Positions 18,463 through 26,783 of a DNA stretch of 64,000 bases are shown here, piece by piece; position 1 is the first letter of the stretch, and each line of letters opens with the position of its first letter. Location: the NCBI GenBank assembly GCA_036164375.1, contig JAYZJO010000065.1, positions 3,810 through 67,809 on the forward strand, given 5' to 3'. The DNA is from Chlamydiota bacterium (GTDB lineage: Bacteria; Chlamydiota; Chlamydiia; Chlamydiales; Criblamydiaceae). The notes below the pieces were generated by a model. It was not told where the DNA came from. It was given only the letters and a program-made list of their open reading frames with translations, and did not search any database. The position numbers were made by a program, and so were the translations under genes.

Positions 18463-20220
18463 TTGATATTAAATACCCCCGAAAAACGCATACACGCAAG
18501 AGGATATAAAAAACTTTCCTCATTTACGTATCTGAACGTCACCCAATTTCTTGGAGCGCTCAATGACAATATTTTCAAGCTTCTGCTTGTCTTCTATTTT
18601 ATACAAATTGAAGGAATAGAAAACAGTCATAAAATATTAGCTGCTTCAGGAGCTACTTTTGTAGCCCCCTTTTTATTATTCTCGACATCATCCGGAATAC
18701 TTGCCGACAGATTTAGCAAGCGTAATATCATTATTCTTACTAAAGTCATGGAACTTATCATTATGATATTGGGGGTTGCTGCTTTCTACTACCAAAGTAA
18801 GCTGGGATCCTTTTCAATATTGTTTCTACTTGCTACTCAAAGTGCTATTTTTGGACCCTCTAAATATGGAATCATCCCTGAAATTGTCCAGGAAAATAAA
18901 ATCTCCAAAGCAAATGGCTTAATGACTTCATTCACATTTCTTGCGATTATTCTTGGAACATTTTTAGCTTCTTTTATTCTAGATATTACAGATAAAAACT
19001 TCATTCTCGCTGCATCGATGTGCTCATTTTTTTCCTTAATTGGCCTAGTAACAAGCCTTTGCATCGAATACACACCCCCTTCAGGTTCTTCAAAAAAACT
19101 TACTTTGCTGTTTATTAAAGAAATTGGGGAGTCGCTAAACATTGCACGGCAAGAACCCTCACTTTTATTAGCGATTGCCGGCTCGGCATTTTTCCTTTTC
19201 CTCGGAGCATTTACTCAGCTAAATATGATTCCCTTCGCAGTACAATCGCTGCACCTCACAGACATTCAAGGAGGATACCTCTTTCTTCTCACAGCAGTAG
19301 GTATAGGTACGGGATCGATGATTGCAGGAAAACTTTCTGGTCACAATGTCGAATTAGGACTTGTTCCTTTAGCAACTATTGGAATTACCATCTCTCTTTA
19401 TCTGCTCGATTTTTTCTCTGATACCTTAATCGTAATCATTCCAATGGTAGTCATCGTGGGCCTTTTAGGAGGTATCTACCAGGTGCCATTAGATTCATAC
19501 ATTCAAGTTGCAAGTCCCAATAAACACAGAGGACAAATCGTTGCTGTTACCAACGTATTTAGCTTCTTAGGAGTATTGGCCGCATCGGTAATTGTATACA
19601 TGGTTACTGAAGTGTTTGGACTACACGCTGACAAAGGGTTTTCTCTCGTTGGAAGCATATCACTTTGTGTCAGCGTTGTATTTATGTTTCAGTTTTTTGA
19701 TTATCTGACACGCTATATATGCATGATACTTTCAAAACTACACTTTCAATCGACAATTACGGGGCTCGAAAATATTCCTGCAAAATCTGCTGTCTATGTA
19801 TGTCAACATACAGCATGGAACGACACCCTGTTGATGCTCGGCGCGCAAAATCGTCGCGTCCGTTTCTTTATCGAACAAGAGCAACATCACCATAAGTTCT
19901 TTAGTCGACTTTACAAGCTTCTTAGAGTTTATATGCTGCCATCTATCGAACCTCTTGAAAACAACGAGTCAACTCTAAAAGCTATCAAAAAAACCCTCAA
20001 CAAAGGGATTTCAGTCTGCATCTTTTTTGAAAATGAAGATATTGCCGATGAAATAGCAAAGCTCGAAAAATCTTACCATTTTAGAGAGATTCTCGAAGAA
20101 ACAAATACAGAAATGGTTCCTGTCACGATTGAAAAAGGAACAAAAGATAAACAATCTCGTTTCTTCACGAAACTCATGCAGAAAATTCGCGTACCGGCAG
20201 CGATCAATTTTGGCGAGTAG
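18463..20220 (+). CDS. MFS lysophospholipid-transporter-like domain fused to a PlsC-type acyltransferase domain
   Basis: 585 aa. About 12 TM segments form an MFS-type N-terminal ~400 aa. The C-terminal domain has an HX4D acyltransferase motif (CQHTAWNDTLLM). A non-ATG start (TTG) is assumed by the track. Confidence 0.65.
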   Translation: MILNTPEKRIHARGYKKLSSFTYLNVTQFLGALNDNIFKLLLVFYFIQIEGIENSHKILAASGATFVAPFLLFSTSSGILADRFSKRNIIILTKVMELIIMILGVAAFYYQSKLGSFSILFLLATQSAIFGPSKYGIIPEIVQENKISKANGLMTSFTFLAIILGTFLASFILDITDKNFILAASMCSFFSLIGLVTSLCIEYTPPSGSSKKLTLLFIKEIGESLNIARQEPSLLLAIAGSAFFLFLGAFTQLNMIPFAVQSLHLTDIQGGYLFLLTAVGIGTGSMIAGKLSGHNVELGLVPLATIGITISLYLLDFFSDTLIVIIPMVVIVGLLGGIYQVPLDSYIQVASPNKHRGQIVAVTNVFSFLGVLAASVIVYMVTEVFGLHADKGFSLVGSISLCVSVVFMFQFFDYLTRYICMILSKLHFQSTITGLENIPAKSAVYVCQHTAWNDTLLMLGAQNRRVRFFIEQEQHHHKFFSRLYKLLRVYMLPSIEPLENNESTLKAIKKTLNKGISVCIFFENEDIADEIAKLEKSYHFREILEETNTEMVPVTIEKGTKDKQSRFFTKLMQKIRVPAAINFGE

Positions 20221-20336
20221 CGCCTTTTGAACGCTGTCAGTATCCAAATCGAGCAGTAAGGTAATCTTCGGTCCCCACACACAAAAAACATGCACCCGCG
20301 AAAATACTCTTAGCCATAATTTTTTTGACAGAAAAT

Positions 20337-20663
20337 ATGAGAAAATGAAACGCAAAGACGCAAAGAAATTTTATAATCAGTGATCACTCTACTCAATTAT
20401 GTCTCATACTCTTACGAAAGGAATAATTCTCCTTATCGTTATATCGTTATATCGTTATATCGTTATATCGTTGAGAACTATTTAAGTTTGCCATTACACT
20501 CAAGTACATTTTTATTAAAAATAAATATCCTTTGTAGACAAGCTATCACAACCACATCAGAACTTTAGCTACGTAAGGTGAGTTAGTCAGAAAGCATAAC
20601 TTATTATTGGTCACGAGTTAGGCTTGATTTATTTCTTTGCGTCTTTGCGTTTCATTTTCTCAT
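20337..20663. repeat. 33-bp perfect inverted repeat pair (20337-20369 / 20631-20663) enclosing 261 bp
   Basis: The left arm is atgagaaaatgaaacgcaaagacgcaaagaaat. The right arm is its exact reverse complement. Imperfect arm similarity extends outward to about 20291 and 20712. Confidence 0.85.
20433..20472. repeat. 8-bp tandem repeat (ATATCGTT) x5
   Basis: ttatcgtt atatcgtt atatcgtt atatcgtt atatcgtt is read directly from the sequence. It lies inside the inverted-repeat-bounded segment. Confidence 0.9.
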
Positions 20664-20966
20664 GATTTCTGTTAAAAAAGTTATGGGTAAAAGTATGCCC
20701 GCGAAGAGGGTGCCGGAATAATATCTCAGTGCCTAAACATTTAAACGATACTCATTTTCTAAAAACTCCACAGCCTTTTTACCATTGAAAAACTCACACT
20801 TGTGGAGTTGAAATTACCATCTATTTACATGAACTTTTTTTATAGTCGATTAAATCTAAAATTACGTACTTTATCTTGCATATTAAAGAAAAGCATGGTC
20901 GATTGTCTATGAAAGATTTTTAAGATATACAGAAGTAAAAAAATTAAATAGTCAAAATTATAGGAT

Positions 20967-20998
20967 AAAAAAAACCTCTCACAAGAGTTTGTGAGAGG
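20967..20998 (-). terminator. Rho-independent terminator of the porin-like gene
   Basis: On the minus strand, cctctcacaa-actc-ttgtgagagg is followed by an 8-nt U-run. It lies 16 nt downstream of the stop at 21014. Confidence 0.7.
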
Positions 20999-21013
20999 TA
21001 TAAATATAATAAA

Positions 21014-22312
21014 TTAGAATGCGTAGATAACTTCGCACTTAACTTGTGAAAAAGAGTGCTTGCCACCGAAATCTTTATCGATCTGACGTGACCAGGCAGC
21101 TTTTACATCCATTGTAATATTATCTGTGAAAGCATACAGAGCTTCAAGTCTAAATCCTTTGAAGTTTGTATTGCCTTTTCCACCATTTGTGAAACTATTG
21201 TGCTGAACATTTCCGTTACCGATACCAGAAACATCATCATCTGGAATAGACTTAGCTTCTACCCACTGGTACTGAGCTTTAAATGCATAGTCACCACGGC
21301 GAACAACTTCACCCACAGTAAATCCAGCAAACCATGCACAATTAGCTTTTGAGTCTATATTTCCTTCAGAACTCACGGTCTCTTTTGAAGCGTCGTGATT
21401 AATAAGGAATGCTCCAAAAACGTTTGCTGGTACGCAAAGGTAGTCAGGTTCAAAATTATAAACGAGAGAAACCTGTGAGTTCATGAAATCTGCGCCAACA
21501 GGATTTTTTACTCCACAACGATTTGTTCCATTTTTTCTCCAGTCAATGAAACTATATTTAACATCAATAGATGTATCCATTACATCGTTAAGGCCACCTT
21601 CAATAACCCAAGCGTAGTGGTTACAAGTGTAGTCAACAATAAATCCACCAAGACGTACATAGTAATCACCTACACAGTCAAAACAGCTATCATACTTCAG
21701 TAAAGCACCATCAAAGCGACTTAGGAACTGAACTTCGGAATAAAATACTTGGTAAAGACGTCTACGGCCAACTTCGAGATCAAAACGAGTACATCCATCA
21801 CAAAGTAGATTATAACCTAAGTATGCTTTCTTTAAATCTACATCGCACCCTGAACCACTACCATGAAGACCTTCAGGATCATTTTTACAGCTATGATCAT
21901 TAGCAACACCAGCACCATTGTCAAATGCTAGATGTGCTACAGACCATGCTCTATCGCAAACATAGTCAAAACGCAAGTTAAACTCTGCATCAAAATCATT
22001 ACGGCCAACAGCTTTGCCCGCTGCATTGACAGCATTACCACCGCGAAGTCTTCTACCGTTATCTTTTTCACATCTATGACGCCAGTCAACACGAACGTCA
22101 CCACTTAGAGTCAAATTGCATGATTTTTCGTTAACGTTAATTGTTCTTTTCGTATTGATATAGTCGTATAAAGCATCCCAATCTCTTTCATTAAGGTCTT
22201 GATCGTATTGTGAGATATCACTAGCATCGCATCGAACATCGTCTGCATGTACTACAGGCTGCGCAAAATTCATTATCGCTACTAAGGGCAGAATAAATTT
22301 CAATAATTTCAT
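21014..22312 (-). CDS. Cys-rich outer-membrane beta-barrel porin (chlamydial MOMP-like family, tentative)
   Basis: 432 aa with signal peptide MKLLKFILPLVAIMNFAQPVVHA. It has about 16 Cys, alternating beta-strand patterns and a C-terminal aromatic residue (..VIYAF). Confidence 0.55.
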   Translation of the reverse strand: MKLLKFILPLVAIMNFAQPVVHADDVRCDASDISQYDQDLNERDWDALYDYINTKRTINVNEKSCNLTLSGDVRVDWRHRCEKDNGRRLRGGNAVNAAGKAVGRNDFDAEFNLRFDYVCDRAWSVAHLAFDNGAGVANDHSCKNDPEGLHGSGSGCDVDLKKAYLGYNLLCDGCTRFDLEVGRRRLYQVFYSEVQFLSRFDGALLKYDSCFDCVGDYYVRLGGFIVDYTCNHYAWVIEGGLNDVMDTSIDVKYSFIDWRKNGTNRCGVKNPVGADFMNSQVSLVYNFEPDYLCVPANVFGAFLINHDASKETVSSEGNIDSKANCAWFAGFTVGEVVRRGDYAFKAQYQWVEAKSIPDDDVSGIGNGNVQHNSFTNGGKGNTNFKGFRLEALYAFTDNITMDVKAAWSRQIDKDFGGKHSFSQVKCEVIYAF

Positions 22313-22463
22313 TGTTTTCTCCGATTTTATATTTTTTACTCATTGAAAAATCATTTTTTCAGTTAATGAGTTTTTTTGTCGTAAACATGAAATCTTTTGT
22401 ACATCAAATTTTGAAAAAAGTCAACGAAAAACTAGACACAGGAGTAACTTAAGAAATATAAGA

Positions 22464-22490
22464 ACCTAAAAAAAGCATGTTTTTTTAGGT
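22464..22490 (-). terminator. Hairpin immediately after the stop of 22491..23432
   Basis: acctaaaaaaa-gcatg-tttttttaggt forms an 11-bp A/T-rich stem. Confidence 0.4.
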
Positions 22491-23432
22491 TTAGAAATCC
22501 AATCTAAGACCTATGGTTAGCTGAAGAGAGTTCCATTTAAAGTCATCAATATCGAAGATTTCGTTATCGATGTTTTTACCTCTACCACACTCTAGCTCCC
22601 ACATTTGGTAGGTTCCATGAATAAATCCATTCCATCCACGGCATAGCTCTACATCCATACCAGCATTAAAAACAAGTCCATATCCCCATCCACAATCATT
22701 CCTTTTCCTCTCATCGAAAGTAACGTTATTGATAGTGATTCCTTTGCTTTTAAACTCGCCTTCATAACCAGACCAATGAAGTTCGACACCGAAAAATAAA
22801 TCCCACCCTCTATAGTAGTCAAAATACGTATCGAAACCTATCCATGGACCATACCACCAACCACAATACTCCTCTTCAAGTCCGGTAATACAAAGACCAC
22901 TTGTCAAGTCAGTAAAAGTATCAATTTTGATATGTTGATTTTGAGAGACAATATCTTGATAATGCCAAGAATACCCGACCAAAGGAGTGATTCTATACCC
23001 ACAATAATCCACAGAAGATATCGCGCCAAAGCCGAGAGTAGCGTCCCAAACATTACATCCATCAATACACCCCTTTCTTGTTATAGTGAGGTCATCGATA
23101 TTTGTAGTTGTCTTTGAATCACCATCTACAAGCCAACCGTAATTAAACCGCCCCTTGACCAGCATATTGTCGAAAGTAATAAAATTACCAAAAGCTGAAA
23201 TTTGATGAATTGTCATCTTATCAAAACAGTCTTGAATATCTTCTTTAATAGCCCAACAGGTTTGTTCAAGCTCATAATCAATTTTGTCACACCGATACGT
23301 ATATCCCACTCGAAAATCAGCGTTTGCAAAAAAGGTGTCACAACACCCCGCTGCTGAAAGAGAACTATTCGTTGATATCACTGTTGTGACAAAAAAGAAG
23401 ATGTATTTAAAGTAATGATTCATAGCTACCAT
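22491..23432 (-). CDS. Cys- and Trp-rich outer-membrane beta-barrel protein
   Basis: 313 aa with a signal peptide (..TNSSLSAAGCC), about 14 Cys and many G/W/Y strand motifs. The C-terminal Phe (..GLRLDF) is typical of OMP beta-barrels. Confidence 0.5.
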   Translation of the reverse strand: MVAMNHYFKYIFFFVTTVISTNSSLSAAGCCDTFFANADFRVGYTYRCDKIDYELEQTCWAIKEDIQDCFDKMTIHQISAFGNFITFDNMLVKGRFNYGWLVDGDSKTTTNIDDLTITRKGCIDGCNVWDATLGFGAISSVDYCGYRITPLVGYSWHYQDIVSQNQHIKIDTFTDLTSGLCITGLEEEYCGWWYGPWIGFDTYFDYYRGWDLFFGVELHWSGYEGEFKSKGITINNVTFDERKRNDCGWGYGLVFNAGMDVELCRGWNGFIHGTYQMWELECGRGKNIDNEIFDIDDFKWNSLQLTIGLRLDF

Positions 23433-23488
23433 TCCAATAGACGTAAAAACTAAAACTTTAAATTATACAACTTTTACCATCAACCTTT

Positions 23489-26458
23489 TTATTTACCTAC
23501 ATACTCCCGAGGCTGTGTAAAAACTCCCCAGTCTGGTTTCTTTCTCGAGCCATCAAGCCAATGTTTCCAAGAAACCATTGGCACGCCATCGACACCTAGA
23601 GGGTCAACTCGCCAAAATTCTACAGCTCCCGTTCCTGGATTGACGACGAAAGCAAAATCATCTTTCACCCAATTGGTATCGGCAAAAACAATAGGTCGAG
23701 GCATTGAAAATTTTTCTTTTTCACAAATTTGTTTTACCAAAGCATGATAGTCATGTGGAAAAGACGTTTGTTCTGTTACCAAGCAAATAAAAGCCTTACA
23801 AACTTCTTGAAACTGTTTAGCCCCCATAACAGTTTCCCCTAAAACTTTAGCTGTAAACTCATCAAAACATTGAGTAGCCTCGTTAATACTCTTCTCTGAG
23901 AGATCCGGAAGCTGCTTGAGTACAATTTCCATTCGCTCTTTTACTTTATAAACAGGAATGATGGGTAAACAAGCGTAAAGTTCGCTGTCGATAACATGAC
24001 TAGAGAGGACCGGATTTCTTCGATATTGTAAACCAGGATTAGACTCCATTCCATACACCAAGTAGTCGCGAAAAACTTGAGGCGACATAGACCCTTTTAA
24101 ACCCCCAAAACTTTGATGAAAGTAGTGTTGATAATCAATAGGCACTTTGGGAAGCAAACGTTTGACAATATACTGCATAGCATCCGCATTCAAAATTTGA
24201 TCGTCGATAAAACGTTCCATAGGAAAAATCATCTTATCGCGAATAAACGTATAAGAGTATTCGTCGTTATCCCACGCTTCAAGAAAAGGGCTGTCTCCAG
24301 GTTTTAGTAAAAATGCATGTGTAGGTGAATGCATAAGCATCGATTTTTTAGGGTTTTCTTTGTACTCATCAGCAAGAGTATAGGGAACTTCTTTTAGTGT
24401 ATCGACCAAAAACACAAGTAGCTCCTGAGGGTTTTCCACCCAACGCGAAATTGATTTTGGCTGATGTTCTCTGTGGAAATAGACACTAACGAGGGTGTTG
24501 AGATTTCCTCCAGAAGTATAAATCCACGGTTTTTTTGTCACCTTCTCTAAATTTTGTAACGGATTTTCCACTTTTGGCTGGTTATGCGCTGCTGCCATCC
24601 GATGAAAGGTTGACTCCAAAAATTCCTCTGTACGTATATGACTTACAATTTCAGTCGTTATCTCAGTCAGAGCTTTGTCTAACCCTTTAAACCTTTCCTT
24701 TCCATCCATTTGCCTTTCGGCTGCAATAAAAAAACTTACGAGAGCTTCAATAAATTCTTGAGGAGAATTAATAACTGTCCATTGGGATGTGTTTGATCGG
24801 CCATGCTTACATAAAAGCCTAAAACCGGCTGGCGTGTCATCATAAGGACCTACTTCGACATCGACAAGTTCAGGATCATAAACCTCCTGAAAAAATTCGG
24901 GAAACAGGTTTATATAAAAATCTATTAACACGTCAAAAAAATTGGCAATCCTTTGGGCATTTGCGTGAGCATCATCGCGCAACCCTTGAAGGATTCCAAG
25001 CTCCGTAGCTTTTGCTCTGTAGTCAATCTTCAACCAACGCGCCTCATCCTCCGAAGATGCATTTTTAAGGCGCCGCTCGAGTATTTTCACTTGAGCGAAC
25101 ATTTGCTCATATTGAAATTGATAATCTTCGACTTTCGAATTAAACTCTTCTAATTTTTTTTTGAGTATTTCAAAAAGGCAAGAACCTATTCCTCCGACAT
25201 CGTCATGCCGAAGTCCAAGGCTAGAATATAAGTTCCACTTCGAAAACTCACCTTTAGTTTCTGCAAAAGATGCCAGAGTGTACTCCCAACAACGAAGCAA
25301 AGCATTGTCACTAAATTTTTTATATGATTCCTTAACAGATTTATAAGCCTCTTTATACTGAGGGACCAATAACCCTTTACCCGTAGGGCGCTTTCCTGCT
25401 TTGGGAGCTTGCATCATCAAGTTACCGTGAGACATCCCCGGTATGCGACTGTCGTACTCTAAGATATCATCTGCCGTAAGAGAAAAGTGATTTAATAAAA
25501 TTCCCTTAAAAATCTCTTCTGCAGTGATAATAAACTGGGTCCCTATTGGACGTTTTTCTATTAAAAATTCTTTAATCAGAGCTTGAAGTTGTAATATTTT
25601 ATTTTTTATGGGTGCTTCAGGAGATATAACCCCTTCATTTTCCAAAGCTGTAATTAAACCGGGTTGACTACAAATCTCTAGGGATCCTTTAACTGGATCT
25701 GTCGACATAATAAAAGGGCGTTTTAAATCCCCCGCACCGGTACTCGCACTAAAAGGAACTGAATATTCTACCCCTCCAAACACTCTCTTTAATTGCCCTG
25801 AACTAAACAGCTGACTAATATCTGACAAAAATTGCAGGGGTTGCTCGTCGTGAACAATGATAGCCGGTGCTGTTGCAAAGCACGACCCGAGAGCTTGCCT
25901 CAGATAGCACATGAGCGCACAAAGGGCAGCTCGACGTGCATGAGCATTATTAACGGCATGTTTTGGAGGTAAATCTAAAGTTTCTCTAATAATTTCATCG
26001 GCAACAGGATGCATATAAGGTTTTTGGATAGCCTGTAATGCATGATTTAACTCTTTACTCTCCGCAAGCATTTCTAACACTTTCAAAATATGTTCTTGGC
26101 GACGAGTATCGTGCTGGCGATCGGGCCCTAAAAAGTAAAGGTGTTCTTTAAGCCTTTCAATAAGGATCTCTAGTGTGTTTTTATCAACACTCCCGTTTTC
26201 GTTAATAACGAGGTTAGCAATCCTTCTAGTTCGCTGATTATTTCGTACAGCAGAACTATCTTGCAAGCTATTACTATCAATACGTACACTGAGGCCATCG
26301 TACTCTTCAGAACAAACACGTTTCAGGTTATCTGAGTCGAGCTTCTGCTCTATTTTCCGTTGCCTTACCACATAGGAATATATTTTTGAATAAAACTCCG
26401 GAGCTTCAACAGTACACTTGATAAAAGACTTTATTTTATTAATTGCATCGATTAGCAC
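23489..26458 (-). CDS. Large (989 aa) conserved-looking hypothetical protein, cytoplasmic or secreted effector-like
   Basis: It is one long uninterrupted ORF with no TM segments. A Cys-centred motif RQALGSCFATAPAII occurs at C193. I identify no domain securely. Confidence 0.5.
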   Translation of the reverse strand: MLIDAINKIKSFIKCTVEAPEFYSKIYSYVVRQRKIEQKLDSDNLKRVCSEEYDGLSVRIDSNSLQDSSAVRNNQRTRRIANLVINENGSVDKNTLEILIERLKEHLYFLGPDRQHDTRRQEHILKVLEMLAESKELNHALQAIQKPYMHPVADEIIRETLDLPPKHAVNNAHARRAALCALMCYLRQALGSCFATAPAIIVHDEQPLQFLSDISQLFSSGQLKRVFGGVEYSVPFSASTGAGDLKRPFIMSTDPVKGSLEICSQPGLITALENEGVISPEAPIKNKILQLQALIKEFLIEKRPIGTQFIITAEEIFKGILLNHFSLTADDILEYDSRIPGMSHGNLMMQAPKAGKRPTGKGLLVPQYKEAYKSVKESYKKFSDNALLRCWEYTLASFAETKGEFSKWNLYSSLGLRHDDVGGIGSCLFEILKKKLEEFNSKVEDYQFQYEQMFAQVKILERRLKNASSEDEARWLKIDYRAKATELGILQGLRDDAHANAQRIANFFDVLIDFYINLFPEFFQEVYDPELVDVEVGPYDDTPAGFRLLCKHGRSNTSQWTVINSPQEFIEALVSFFIAAERQMDGKERFKGLDKALTEITTEIVSHIRTEEFLESTFHRMAAAHNQPKVENPLQNLEKVTKKPWIYTSGGNLNTLVSVYFHREHQPKSISRWVENPQELLVFLVDTLKEVPYTLADEYKENPKKSMLMHSPTHAFLLKPGDSPFLEAWDNDEYSYTFIRDKMIFPMERFIDDQILNADAMQYIVKRLLPKVPIDYQHYFHQSFGGLKGSMSPQVFRDYLVYGMESNPGLQYRRNPVLSSHVIDSELYACLPIIPVYKVKERMEIVLKQLPDLSEKSINEATQCFDEFTAKVLGETVMGAKQFQEVCKAFICLVTEQTSFPHDYHALVKQICEKEKFSMPRPIVFADTNWVKDDFAFVVNPGTGAVEFWRVDPLGVDGVPMVSWKHWLDGSRKKPDWGVFTQPREYVGK

Positions 26459-26708
26459 AAAATTTCCTTATTATCTCTATAGGGTTCCTACTTTATTTTA
26501 AAGAAATTCGCTATAAAGGAAAACCCTAGATATTACTAACTTATATTTTCAGTTAAGATATAGCTTTCCATGCGCAATATTTTATTCTTTAACAGAAATG
26601 TGTCGAAAAGCGCAAAATCTCCAATATACTGAATGAAATTTCTATTACCCCCGTCTTTCCAAAAAAAAATTTATTGAAACATCCTTCATTTATTCTTTTT
26701 GAAAAGTA

Positions 26709-26736
26709 GTGACAAATCCCAAAATTAATGTATAAT
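26709..26736 (+). promoter_or_regulatory. Putative sigma70-type promoter of thrS with extended -10
   Basis: gtgaca, a 16-nt spacer, then tg-t-ataat (TGnTATAAT). The -10 lies about 48 nt upstream of the thrS ATG. Prediction is by eye only. Confidence 0.35.
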
Positions 26737-26783
26737 ACCAGCATAAATTAAAATCACTAGTATCTCAAGGAAGGCAATTTTCC

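Noticed and set aside
20433-20472. The short tandem repeat was considered as a possible CRISPR-like array.
   Set aside because: The units are 8 bp and contiguous with no spacers, and there are no cas genes. It is a microsatellite, not a CRISPR array.
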